Positions 50,627-58,862 of a stretch of 63,693 nucleotides of DNA are shown one piece after another. Where the stretch lies: assembly GCA_900317295.1 (NCBI GenBank), contig ONGB01000001.1, positions 1 to 63,693 of the forward strand, given 5' to 3'. The translations under genes were made by a program, and so were the position numbers. Within the stretch, counting starts at the first letter, position 1. The number at the start of each line of letters is the position of its first letter. The notes below the pieces were generated by a model. The model ran no database searches. It had not been told where the DNA came from and saw only the letters and a list, made by a program, of their open reading frames with translations. Source of the stretch: an uncultured Erysipelotrichaceae bacterium. Lineage in GTDB: Bacteria > Bacillota_I > Bacilli_A > RFN20 > CAG-826.

Positions 50627-51489
50627 AGAACTTCGCCCTCGGGAAATACGTGCCCTATGATTCCTGGGTCCATCGCCTCGATCCCCGCGTGAAGATTTTC
50701 TGCGTCCTGCTTTTGATGGTCGCGATCTTCTTCACTTTCGATACTTGGGCGATGCGCCTCGCGGTCAATGGGGCGATCTTCATCCTCGCCTCCGTTTTAT
50801 TGGCCTGCACCCATACCCGGTTCCGCGATTTGATCCGCAGCCTCCGTTCTCTATGGTTCATGGTCATCGTTTTGTTGATCGTCTATATCCTCGTCCCCAC
50901 GACGACGACCCCGGTGTTCCCGGTCGCGTGGAGCTACAAAGGATGGACGGTCTATTGGGATTCCTTCGCCGAGGCCGGCCGCATTTTGATGCGCTTGATC
51001 ATCATGATCGAGCTGACGATGATCTTGACCTCTTCCACGAAGCCTTTGGATCTGACCTACGCCTTAGAATGGTATATGACCCCCTTGAAGGTTTTCCGCT
51101 TTCCCGCCGCGGCGGTGGCGATGACCGTCTCCATCGCTTTGCGGTTCATCCCGACCTTGTTAGAAGACACCGACCGCGTGATGAAGGCCCAGACGAGCCG
51201 CGGGGTCGATTTCCAACATGGCCACATCTGGCAACGCCTGACGGGGCTCACCGCCTTGATCATCCCTTTGTTCATCTCTTCCTTCATGCGCTCGGAAGAA
51301 CTCGCCAACGCGATGGAATGCCGCGGCTATGACCCGGATGCGAAGCGCACCCGTTATCGGTTGCTTCGCTTCCATTTCTCCGACTTGCTTTCCTTCCTCG
51401 TCTGCGCGGGGATCTTGGTCGCGGTGATCTTGGCCTTCGCCTATCATTACGACGTCTTCTTAGAATGGTTCGGGTGGCAGACCTTATGA
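50623..51489 (+). CDS. ecfT: ECF transporter transmembrane subunit T
   Basis: Polytopic protein. Ala-Arg-Gly type coupling motifs (MKAQTSRGVDF / AMECRGYD). Confidence 0.88.
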   Translation: MKNFALGKYVPYDSWVHRLDPRVKIFCVLLLMVAIFFTFDTWAMRLAVNGAIFILASVLLACTHTRFRDLIRSLRSLWFMVIVLLIVYILVPTTTTPVFPVAWSYKGWTVYWDSFAEAGRILMRLIIMIELTMILTSSTKPLDLTYALEWYMTPLKVFRFPAAAVAMTVSIALRFIPTLLEDTDRVMKAQTSRGVDFQHGHIWQRLTGLTALIIPLFISSFMRSEELANAMECRGYDPDAKRTRYRLLRFHFSDLLSFLVCAGILVAVILAFAYHYDVFLEWFGWQTL

Positions 51490-52238
51490 AATACCTCGGC
51501 ATCGTCCAATATCTAGGCGCGGCCTATTCGGGATTCCAAAGGCAGAAAAACGCCCCCACGGTCCAAGCGGAATTAGAAGAGAAGCTCTCTTCCGTCCTAG
51601 GCGAGCCTACCCAAATCAAAGGAGCGGGGCGCACCGACGCCAAAGTGAACGCGAAGGGACAAACCTTCTCCTTCTCCTATGAAAAAGAGATCGCGGATAT
51701 CCCATCTTTCATCTTCGCGATGAACCGTTTGCTCCCCAAAGACATCTCTTTGATCTCTTTAAGGGAAGTGCCCGATGCTTTTGATGCCCGTCATTCCAAC
51801 TGCGGCAAGATCTATTCCTATTCCTTCTATTTCGGGAAGAAGGATCCCTTCTTATCCTTGACCTCCGCCTACATCCCTTATCTTCCGGAGAAGTTCGATC
51901 CTAAGGCTTTTGAAAAGGCGCTTCACGTCTTCCTCGGAAAGCACGATTTCCGTAACTTCACCGCGAAGGAAGAGGATGTCGATGGCTTCGTCCGCGAAAT
52001 CCGCCGGATCGAGCTAAAAGAAGAAAAACCCATGCATTTCCGGGTTCTTTTTGAAGGAAATGGCTTCATGACCTACATGATCCGCTTCCTCATCGGCGGG
52101 GCGATGAAGGTGGGCTTAGGCAAACTTAGCGTCGAAGAATTATCCGCCTTATTGGAACAGCGCCCCCGGCATATCGTCGCTTATAACGCCGCCCCGGAAG
52201 GACTATGCTTAGAGGAGGTGCTCTATGAAGGGATTTGA
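51486..52238 (+). CDS. truA: tRNA pseudouridine(38-40) synthase
   Basis: YLGAAYSGFQRQ and GAGRTDAKVNA catalytic Asp motif. The ATG at 51486 overlaps the ecfT stop. Confidence 0.9.
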   Translation: MKYLGIVQYLGAAYSGFQRQKNAPTVQAELEEKLSSVLGEPTQIKGAGRTDAKVNAKGQTFSFSYEKEIADIPSFIFAMNRLLPKDISLISLREVPDAFDARHSNCGKIYSYSFYFGKKDPFLSLTSAYIPYLPEKFDPKAFEKALHVFLGKHDFRNFTAKEEDVDGFVREIRRIELKEEKPMHFRVLFEGNGFMTYMIRFLIGGAMKVGLGKLSVEELSALLEQRPRHIVAYNAAPEGLCLEEVLYEGI

Positions 52239-53040
52239 CGCGAACTACCATAGCCACACCGTCCGTTGCGGCCACGCGACCGGGCGCGATGAAGATTACG
52301 TCAAAGAGGCGATGAAGGCCGGGTTCAAGGTCTTAGGCTTTTCCGACCACATCATGCTCCCCAACATCAACCAACCCCGCATCCGCGGAGCCTATTTCCT
52401 TTTGGACGGTTACCTCTCCTCGGTCAATGAGTTGAAACAAAAATACGCAGGGCGCATCGAAATCCACCTCGGCTTTGAGGCGGAATGGCTTGGGGAAGGC
52501 CTCGCGGAGTATTACCGGCACCTTTTGACCTCCAAGAAAATCGAATATCTGATCCTCGGGCAGCATTGCCGCTACCGAAATGGCGGCCTCCATTGGTATG
52601 ACGAGGACGTTGTTTCCTTAAAAGAAGCGGTGGACCATTACGGGGAAGACCTCCTCACGGGGATGCGGTCTGGATTATTCACCTATGTCTGCCATCCCGA
52701 TCTTTTCCTCCGCTGGCTCCCCGGGGAATGGACGGAGCAGGCGGAAGAGCTAAGCCGCCGCATCGCCCAAGAAGCCAAAGAGAGAAACCTCCCCTTGGAG
52801 ATCAACATGGGGATGATGAATTTCCATCCGGAACGGAACATCGGCGACCCCGATTGCTTCTGCTACCCCTATATCCGTTTTTGGGAAATCGTCAAAGAAG
52901 TGGGGGCCCCCGCGATCATCGGGGTGGACGCCCATACCCCCGATACTTACCGTTACGCGGAATATGGAAAAGTCTTGGATTTCGCTAGGAAATTGGGGAT
53001 CAAACCCCTGAAACGGGTCGATTTCCCGCATTTTGAATAG
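52225..53040 (+). CDS. PHP-domain phosphoesterase (histidinol-phosphatase HisJ family-like)
   Basis: N-terminal YHSHTVRCGHA metal-binding motif, with later HPD and GVDAH motifs. Confidence 0.65.
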   Translation: MKGFDANYHSHTVRCGHATGRDEDYVKEAMKAGFKVLGFSDHIMLPNINQPRIRGAYFLLDGYLSSVNELKQKYAGRIEIHLGFEAEWLGEGLAEYYRHLLTSKKIEYLILGQHCRYRNGGLHWYDEDVVSLKEAVDHYGEDLLTGMRSGLFTYVCHPDLFLRWLPGEWTEQAEELSRRIAQEAKERNLPLEINMGMMNFHPERNIGDPDCFCYPYIRFWEIVKEVGAPAIIGVDAHTPDTYRYAEYGKVLDFARKLGIKPLKRVDFPHFE

Positions 53041-53120
53041 GAATCCCCCAACAAAATAATTTCTTCGCACGCGCCCTAGTGCTATATTTACCCCGTTCCT
53101 AATCTAGGAGAAGTATCACT

Positions 53121-53828
53121 ATGGGAAGACATTTTGAGGTCCGCGCCGCCGCGATGGCGGCCTCGGCCAAAGCAAAAAGCGCCATCTACATGCGCGCCTC
53201 CAAGGAGATCTATGCCGCGGCGAAAAGCGGCGAGCCCGATCCCAACAGCAACCTCGCCCTCCGCGCGGCGATCGAGAAATACCGCAAGCAGTGCCCGAAG
53301 GACGTCATCGAGCGCGCCATCGAGAAAGCCAAAGGCGGCGATGCCGTCGCCTATATCCAGGGCCGTTATGAATTCATGGGCCCCGGCGGCAGCGAGATCA
53401 TCGTCGACACCTTGACCGATAACGTCAACCGCGCCCTCGTCACCGTCCGCACCATCGTCACCCGCAAAGGCGGCAAGATGGCCACGGTCAACTACAACTT
53501 CCAATATCTTGGCATCCTCAACTTCAAGGGCCCGTCCCGCGATGAGGTCGAAGAAGCCTTGATCCTCGGCGACGTCGATGTCCGAGACGTCTCCATCGAC
53601 GAAGACGGCGAGATCGAAGTCCGCCTCGAGCCGAATGACCTCGCCAAAGCCCAAGAGGTCCTCAAAGACCTCGGCGTCACCGATTTCGACCGCGCCGAGA
53701 CCACGATGTATCCCAACGAATGGATCGAAGTCGAAGGGGAAGACCTCCAGAAGCTCAAAGACATGATGGCCAACCTCGACGAATCCGAAGACGTCCAGGC
53801 CGTCTACACCAACGTCGATAACCTCTAA
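53121..53828 (+). CDS. yebC: YebC/PmpR family DNA-binding regulator
   Basis: The family N-terminus is usually MAGHSKW; here it is MGRHFEVRAAAMAASAKAKSAIY...PDPNSNLALRAAIEK. Length 235 aa. Confidence 0.85.
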   Translation: MGRHFEVRAAAMAASAKAKSAIYMRASKEIYAAAKSGEPDPNSNLALRAAIEKYRKQCPKDVIERAIEKAKGGDAVAYIQGRYEFMGPGGSEIIVDTLTDNVNRALVTVRTIVTRKGGKMATVNYNFQYLGILNFKGPSRDEVEEALILGDVDVRDVSIDEDGEIEVRLEPNDLAKAQEVLKDLGVTDFDRAETTMYPNEWIEVEGEDLQKLKDMMANLDESEDVQAVYTNVDNL

Positions 53829-53840
53829 TCCAAAAGAGAA

Positions 53841-53868
53841 AAGAAGCCGGGAAATCCGGCTTCTTTTT
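53841..53868. terminator. bidirectional rho-independent terminator
   Basis: aagaagccgg-gaaat-ccggcttctt followed by TTT. T-rich on the opposite strand as well. Lies between convergent genes. Confidence 0.75.
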
Positions 53869-54451
53869 ATCGGTAGAGGGCCTCGATGACCCGTAAGGCC
53901 TCTAGGCAATGAAAGCTTTTCGCATAGGCTTCTAGCTTTTCAAGGCTTGGGGATTTGGCATAGGCCGCTTTCAAGGTTTTAATCAGCTCTTCCTTTTTAT
54001 ATATATAAGGATGGCGGATGACGTCTAATAAGGTCCTTTCCAAATCGAAGGTTGGAACGATGTTCCCCTTCTTTGTGACGATGAGGGTCTGCCCTAAGCC
54101 ATATTCTTTCTTCCCAACATGGCGGGATTTGGCATTCGGGATCCCCGCGGTCATATAGCCCGTCGGGAGATAGACCGTTAAGCCTTTATCCTCGCATAGC
54201 CCCCATAATGCGAGCGCGCTGGAGGAGGCGAACACCGCCTTCTTGTAGGTATGGTGGAGGAGGTAATAAGGATCCTCTTCATGGCCTTTCCGTAGATATA
54301 ATCCCTTGCCCACGCGGCGGAATAGCCCCTCTTCCACGGCGAAAGAAAGATAGGCGCGCTCGATGGATTCGCGCTTCAGATCATCGGTGGAGACATAGCC
54401 GTCGTTATTCTCCGCGATCTCTAATAGAGTCGCCAATTTCTTATTTTGCAC
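53867..54451 (-). CDS. AbiEi-family (type IV TA antitoxin-like) wHTH protein, orphan
   Basis: LATLLEIAENNDGYVSTDDLKRESIERAYLSFAVEEGLFRRVGKGLYL matches the AbiEi N-terminal pattern, as does SSSALALWGL. A GTG start at 54451 is proposed, because the longer ORF would cover the rplM promoter. Confidence 0.6.
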   Translation of the reverse strand: MQNKKLATLLEIAENNDGYVSTDDLKRESIERAYLSFAVEEGLFRRVGKGLYLRKGHEEDPYYLLHHTYKKAVFASSSALALWGLCEDKGLTVYLPTGYMTAGIPNAKSRHVGKKEYGLGQTLIVTKKGNIVPTFDLERTLLDVIRHPYIYKKEELIKTLKAAYAKSPSLEKLEAYAKSFHCLEALRVIEALYR

Positions 54452-54505
54452 GCAACGATTATACAAAAGCGTTGTTTCAAAGTAAAAACTTGTTTGGAAA
54501 ATGCT

Positions 54506-54534
54506 TTGACATCGGCATTTTACTTCAGGATAAT
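54506..54534 (+). promoter_or_regulatory. promoter TTGACA-17-GATAAT for rplM-rpsI
   Basis: Consensus -35 and 17-nt spacing read directly. Confidence 0.7.
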
Positions 54535-54543
54535 ACGGCACGG

Positions 54544-54565
54544 CTAGAGGGCCAAAAACCCCTAG
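54544..54565 (+). promoter_or_regulatory. 5'-UTR hairpin, possible L13 leader-type autoregulatory element
   Basis: ctag(a)ggg-ccaaaaa-cccctag, between the promoter and the rplM SD. The analogy to ribosomal-protein leaders is an inference. Confidence 0.35.
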
Positions 54566-54593
54566 AAGCGTTAAAAAGAAGAAAGGTAAAACC

Positions 54594-55037
54594 ATGCAAC
54601 GTCAAACCACCATGGCGAAGAAGGAAACCATCGAAAGGAAATGGTTCCTCGTCGACGCCAAAGACATCCCGCTTGGCCGCCTCGCCTCCAAGGTCGCGGT
54701 CATCCTGATGGGCAAAGACAAACCCACCTACACCCCGCACGTCGACACCGGTGACTATGTCATCGTCGTCAACGCCGCCCAGGTCAAACTGACCGGCTCC
54801 CACCCCGAGAGCAAAAAGAACTACTACAACGTCTCCGAGTACAACGGCGGCCTCCGCACCCGCAGCGCCGGCGTCATGCGCGAAGAGTACCCCGAAGAGA
54901 TGATCGAACGCGCCGTCTGGGGCATGCTCCCCAAGGGACGCCTCGGCCGTCAGATGATCAAGAAGCTCTTCGTCTACCGCGACGAAAAGCACGAGCAGTC
55001 CGCCCAGAAGCCCGAGACGCTCGATCTCAAGAAATAA
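54594..55037 (+). CDS. rplM: 50S ribosomal protein L13
   Basis: ERKWFLVDAKDIPLGRLASKVAVILMGKDKPTYTPHVDTGDYVIVVNA. Confidence 0.96.
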   Translation: MQRQTTMAKKETIERKWFLVDAKDIPLGRLASKVAVILMGKDKPTYTPHVDTGDYVIVVNAAQVKLTGSHPESKKNYYNVSEYNGGLRTRSAGVMREEYPEEMIERAVWGMLPKGRLGRQMIKKLFVYRDEKHEQSAQKPETLDLKK

Positions 55038-55050
55038 GGAGTGAAGGAAT

Positions 55051-55440
55051 ATGGCCAACACGAAATACTATGGCACCGGCCGCCGCAAATCCTCGGTCGC
55101 CCGCGTCTACCTCAAATCCGGCAAAGGCGTCGTGACCGTCAACGGCCGCGATGTGAACGAATACATGCCCTACGCCACCCTCGTCCAGAACCTCAAGCAG
55201 CCCTTGGCTCTCCTCGGCGCTGAAGAGAAATACGACGTCGAAGCCCACGTCGTCGGCGGTGGCTTCACCGGCCAGGCCGAAGCGATCCGCCTCGGCATCG
55301 CCCGCGCCCTCCTCGAAGCGAAAGAGGATCGTTCCACCCTCAAGAAGGCTGGCTTGCTCACCCGCAACGCCCGCTCCAAAGAGAGGAAGAAATACGGTCT
55401 CAAAGGCGCCCGCCGCGCCCCGCAATTCAGCAAGCGTTAA
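55051..55440 (+). CDS. rpsI: 30S ribosomal protein S9
   Basis: [15 protein letters not shown]... with C-terminal [18 protein letters not shown]. Confidence 0.96.
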   Translation: MANTKYYGTGRRKSSVARVYLKSGKGVVTVNGRDVNEYMPYATLVQNLKQPLALLGAEEKYDVEAHVVGGGFTGQAEAIRLGIARALLEAKEDRSTLKKAGLLTRNARSKERKKYGLKGARRAPQFSKR

Positions 55441-55460
55441 TCCGCTTCCGTTTGTGGACC

Positions 55461-55486
55461 AGCCCTTGGGAAACCAGGGGCTTTTT
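55461..55486 (+). terminator. rho-independent terminator after rpsI
   Basis: agcccttgg-gaaa-ccaggggct (one mismatch) followed by TTTTC. Confidence 0.65.
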
Positions 55487-55538
55487 CTTTGGATCGGACC
55501 GCGAAATCACGGGGTTTTCTCCCGTCATAAATTCTTGC

Positions 55539-55567
55539 TTGCTAGGGGTGGGCCTTTGGTCTATATT
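55539..55567 (+). promoter_or_regulatory. promoter TTGCTA-17-TATATT for the tRNA cluster
   Basis: Hexamers read directly, about 24 nt upstream of tRNA-Ile. Confidence 0.55.
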
Positions 55568-55590
55568 ATATGGGCGCTTTCGGGCGTCAT

Positions 55591-55667
55591 GGGCCTTTAG
55601 CTCAGTTGGTTAGAGCGTGCGCTTGATAAGCGCAAGGTCGGTGGTTCAAGCCCACTAAGGCCCACCA
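55591..55667 (+). tRNA. tRNA-Ile (anticodon GAT), CCA encoded
   Basis: Cloverleaf folded by hand. Acceptor GGGCCTT/AAGGCCC, anticodon loop TTGATAA, T-arm GGTGGTTCAAGCCCACT. Closely resembles Bacillus tRNA-Ile. Confidence 0.9.
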
Positions 55668-55678
55668 TGAAGTTAGAT

Positions 55679-55710
55679 AGGCCCCGGACCCTTAACGAGT
55701 TCCGGGGCCT
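55679..55710 (+). other. 10-bp GC-rich hairpin in the tRNA-Ile / tRNA-Val spacer
   Basis: aggccccgga-(12 nt)-tccggggcct. No T-run follows. Confidence 0.4.
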
Positions 55711-55721
55711 CTTCATTCCTT

Positions 55722-55796
55722 GGGTGTTTAGCTCAGTGGGAGAGCGCTTCCTTCACACGGAAGAGGTCGAGGGTTCGAAACCCCCAACACCCACCA
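55722..55796 (+). tRNA. tRNA-Val (anticodon CAC), CCA encoded
   Basis: Acceptor GGGTGTT/AACACCC, anticodon stem CTTCC/GGAAG, loop TTCACAC. One A-C mismatch in the T stem. Confidence 0.85.
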
Positions 55797-55837
55797 CGAA
55801 ATCATCTTGCTGCCGTTGTCCAAAACCAGCATAGATT

Positions 55838-55860
55838 AGGCCTCTTCGGAGGTCTTTTCT
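55838..55860 (+). terminator. terminator-like hairpin after tRNA-Val
   Basis: aggcctc-ttcg-gaggtct (one G-U pair) followed by TTTCTT. Confidence 0.5.
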
Positions 55861-55878
55861 TGCGTCTTGACTCTTTTT

Positions 55879-55895
55879 AAGTGCAAGTTGCACTT
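55879..55895. promoter_or_regulatory. 17-bp perfect palindrome AAGTGCAA-G-TTGCACTT, plus a third half-site TTGCACTTT at 55901..55909, upstream of the Fic gene
   Basis: Read directly, 40-60 nt upstream of the ATG at 55936. Confidence 0.5.
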
Positions 55896-55935
55896 TAAGA
55901 TTGCACTTTAAAGCATTTTATGACAATATTTTCCT

Positions 55936-56910
55936 ATGGAAAATGATTATACAAACCGCTACATATTGGAAACTGGCATTGGCCTTCAAGATGTCGACCA
56001 TTTAAAGAATTCATCCTATTTCCTTCAGGAATCCGAAAGATATTTAAAAGGCGAAATCTCGCTAGATGAATTAGATGGCATCGTGAACTCCTATTACAAG
56101 AGTAAACCAGATGTGGGGGATAGAAGCGAGGAAGCTGATAAAATCTCGATTAGAATAGCCAAAATAATCAGTGAGGATTATTTCACTTTTACCGTTGGGC
56201 AGCTACTTTCTATTCATCGAATTCTATTTGAAGGCATTTTGGAACACCCTGGCCAATTAAGAACCTACAATTTCTCAAAAAAAGAATGGGTTCTTGATGG
56301 CGCATCGGTCATCTATGGGGACTATCGTGAATTAGAGGCGACGCTTCAATATGATTTTGATATCGAAAAGCGGTTTGATTATTCAAAACTTTCAATGGAT
56401 GAAATCGTTGAGCATCTTGCGATCTTTATTGCCAACCTTTGGCAAATTCACGTTTTTGAAGAGGGCAATACCAGAACTACTGCGGTATTTACCATTAAAT
56501 ATTTAAGGAGTTTAGGCTTTGATGTAACCAATGACACGTTTGCTAAAAACGCGTGGTATTTCAGAAACTCTTTAGTGAGGGCAAACTACACAAACTTACA
56601 AAAAGGAATTCATGAAGATAGAACGTATCTCATTAAGTTTCTCAAAAATTTGTTATTAAACGAGAATAACCGGTTGGAAAACAAAGAGTTGCATGTTGTT
56701 CCTCTTTCTTCTGCGTTTAATGAGACAAAAGAAGCTAGATTACTCCGTTTGTTAAAAGGTAATCCGACTCTGAGAACAGACGAACTAGCGATGGAATTGG
56801 GCGTTTCGTTAAGGACGGTTAAAAGCATTATTTTCGCCTTAAGAAAAGACGGGAAACTAGAGCGCGTAGGCGGAAAGAAATATGGTCACTGGGAGGTAAA
56901 GCAACCATGA
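55936..56910 (+). CDS. Fic (Fido) domain protein with non-canonical active-site motif and C-terminal winged-HTH
   Basis: HVFEEGNTRTTAVF (56449..56475) compared with the canonical HPFx(D/E)GNGRxxR. C-terminal wHTH-like LRTDELAMELGVSLRTVKSIIFALRKDGKLERVG. AT-rich codon usage. Confidence 0.8.
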   Translation: MENDYTNRYILETGIGLQDVDHLKNSSYFLQESERYLKGEISLDELDGIVNSYYKSKPDVGDRSEEADKISIRIAKIISEDYFTFTVGQLLSIHRILFEGILEHPGQLRTYNFSKKEWVLDGASVIYGDYRELEATLQYDFDIEKRFDYSKLSMDEIVEHLAIFIANLWQIHVFEEGNTRTTAVFTIKYLRSLGFDVTNDTFAKNAWYFRNSLVRANYTNLQKGIHEDRTYLIKFLKNLLLNENNRLENKELHVVPLSSAFNETKEARLLRLLKGNPTLRTDELAMELGVSLRTVKSIIFALRKDGKLERVGGKKYGHWEVKQP

Positions 56911-56963
56911 AAACTTATTGCGGGATCGACTGTTGCAAAGATTGTGACAAATTATCCGAATGA
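56907..56963 (+). pseudogene. 18-codon remnant resembling the N-terminus of a Cys-rich DUF3795-type protein
   Basis: MKTYCGIDCCKDCDKLSE then stop. Resembles the YCG(L/I)DCxxC start of DUF3795 proteins. By resemblance only. Confidence 0.25.
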
Positions 56964-57087
56964 GGGGGCTTTTCTAACACGAAAGGAAAAACCCCGAAAC
57001 CTATTCGCACGAATAGATGAAAAAGGCCTTGGGCTATAAACATTGCATCGACTAGCCCATTGGGGAGGTGGTAAAATCACCCCGCTC

Positions 57088-57163
57088 GCCGCCTTAGCTC
57101 AATTGGCAGAGCAACTGATTTGTAATCAGTAGGTTGCTGGTTCGATTCCGGCAGGCGGCACCA
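57088..57163 (+). tRNA. tRNA-Thr (anticodon TGT), CCA encoded
   Basis: Acceptor GCCGCCT/AGGCGGC, anticodon stem ACTGA/TCAGT, loop TTTGTAA, T-loop TTCGATT. Confidence 0.88.
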
Positions 57164-57174
57164 TCCAAGCGCAT

Positions 57175-57204
57175 AATCCCTGATGCGAATCGGGGATTTT
57201 TCTT
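57175..57204 (+). terminator. rho-independent terminator after tRNA-Thr
   Basis: aatccctgat-gcga-atcggggatt (one mismatch) followed by TTTTCTTT. Confidence 0.7.
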
Positions 57205-57381
57205 TAGCGTAAAAGTTCAATGAGTTATTCAGCAAAAACACGATAATCGCGTCTGAATAAATATACTTTTCCTCTAAAAACGCCTATTTCTTGGGACAAA
57301 TCAAAACTATTGTTTCATTATTTTTCCCGCCCTGTATGATTAAGGTAGACGACCCATAAACGATTCATAAGGAAGTATTTT

Positions 57382-58860
57382 ATGAACAAGAGTCTCGGTC
57401 TATTCTTCGGCAGTCTATTCCTTGGGGCGATCGGCATCGGGAGTTTTTACGCCGCCGCGAACCGTTCTAACGGAGTGGGCGTAGACGCTAAAAGCGCCCT
57501 TTCCTATGTCACCTTCGATGACAAAGGGACATGTAGATTAGGCTCCTATCCCCAGTATGTCTCGGATATCTCCGCGACGGAAATCAAGAATAACGGGGAG
57601 CTAAAGCAAACGACCTCTGGGGATAAGTATTACGTTTACCAATCCAAGAAATACGCGATCATCGAGACGGCGGTCGTCGATAATGAGCAATCCGCGGGCC
57701 GTCTTTTGTCTAATGGGGCGCCGGCGGACTCCTATAACGGGCTAACCGACGTTGTCATATCATTTGAGAATATCGAATGGCAATTGCTGAAGCTTTCCGA
57801 TTACGACGACGTCGCCTATCTCATATCCACGAATATCCTGGATCGGCAAATCTATAATCCCTCGCTCCCTACCCACGTTGTCTATGGCCAATCCGCCCTA
57901 TTCACCTATTTGAATACGACATTCAAAGAGATGGCCTTCACCGCGGAGGACTACAAATACATCGCCTATAGCGAGTCCGGATTAGAAAAGGTCCTCATCA
58001 ATATTCCCGAGAAATCCGACGTCGATCTCGACGCTTATGAAGACAAAAACCTCAAGCAGGCGAGCGATTTCGCCATTTTGAAGAACCTCACCAGCCATAG
58101 CGCCTATAACCATGGCGTCGGCGTGCCGTTCACTAACGCCGGCTATTGGCTTAATTCGCTTTCCTCCGAGGCGGATAGAGTGGAGGTCTGCTGGGCCAAA
58201 GTGGCCTATTCGCACTGCCTGATGGACGATCCCAAGATCGGCGTCCGCCCGGTGATCGAAGTGAATTACAAAGCCAAAGGATCCGGCGGCGGCAGTAGTA
58301 CGCCCACGGCCACCGTGAATATCGATGGCGGCGCGGTCACCCTCGGCCTAGGGATCACCTTCACCGTGCTTGGCGCGGGCGGGCTCATCGCCTTCTTCGT
58401 CATCTGGGCGAAGAAACACCCCACGGGGAAACCGCCGATTTGGATCATCGTCTCCATCGCGGGGTCCTTGGTCGTCTCCGTCGCGGGCTTAGGCTGCATG
58501 GCCGGCGGGATGAACGGCGCGGGCGGCGGTGGCTGCTTGAAGATGGGATATTACGTGCAAACCGGCCAGCATAGCGGCGGAGGGATCACCCAACTCGGTT
58601 ATACCGCGTGGCTGATCAAATACGATGGCACCGCCTCCTATTGCACCCATTTGACGGATGCCGCCCAGGCGAGCGACTTCGCTCCCGATAACTACATGAC
58701 CGGCACTTATAAGATCAATGGCTCCAAGTTGGTCATCACGATCCCCAAGCACGAGATTCAGAACTTCGGCACCGTCGGCGGGACTTACACCTACAACATC
58801 AAAGGCTGCGAGAATTTCCAGAATTATGATGGGGCCTACCACTGGGTCAGAGGAGAATAG
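57382..58860 (+). CDS. membrane protein with extracellular DUF6273-like domain, two internal TM segments and a C-terminal domain
   Basis: N-terminal anchor. GSYPQ..., IEWQLLKL..., GYWLNS and KIGVRPVIEV follow the DUF6273-type pattern. Gly-rich TM pair. Confidence 0.6.
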   Translation: MNKSLGLFFGSLFLGAIGIGSFYAAANRSNGVGVDAKSALSYVTFDDKGTCRLGSYPQYVSDISATEIKNNGELKQTTSGDKYYVYQSKKYAIIETAVVDNEQSAGRLLSNGAPADSYNGLTDVVISFENIEWQLLKLSDYDDVAYLISTNILDRQIYNPSLPTHVVYGQSALFTYLNTTFKEMAFTAEDYKYIAYSESGLEKVLINIPEKSDVDLDAYEDKNLKQASDFAILKNLTSHSAYNHGVGVPFTNAGYWLNSLSSEADRVEVCWAKVAYSHCLMDDPKIGVRPVIEVNYKAKGSGGGSSTPTATVNIDGGAVTLGLGITFTVLGAGGLIAFFVIWAKKHPTGKPPIWIIVSIAGSLVVSVAGLGCMAGGMNGAGGGGCLKMGYYVQTGQHSGGGITQLGYTAWLIKYDGTASYCTHLTDAAQASDFAPDNYMTGTYKINGSKLVITIPKHEIQNFGTVGGTYTYNIKGCENFQNYDGAYHWVRGE

Positions 58861-58862
58861 CG

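Noticed and set aside
54452-54595. 48-codon N-terminal extension of the AbiEi-like ORF.
   Set aside because: It would be encoded across the near-consensus rplM promoter and 5' UTR, and it is hydrophobic or odd in composition. The GTG at 54451 starts exactly where AbiEi-like similarity begins.
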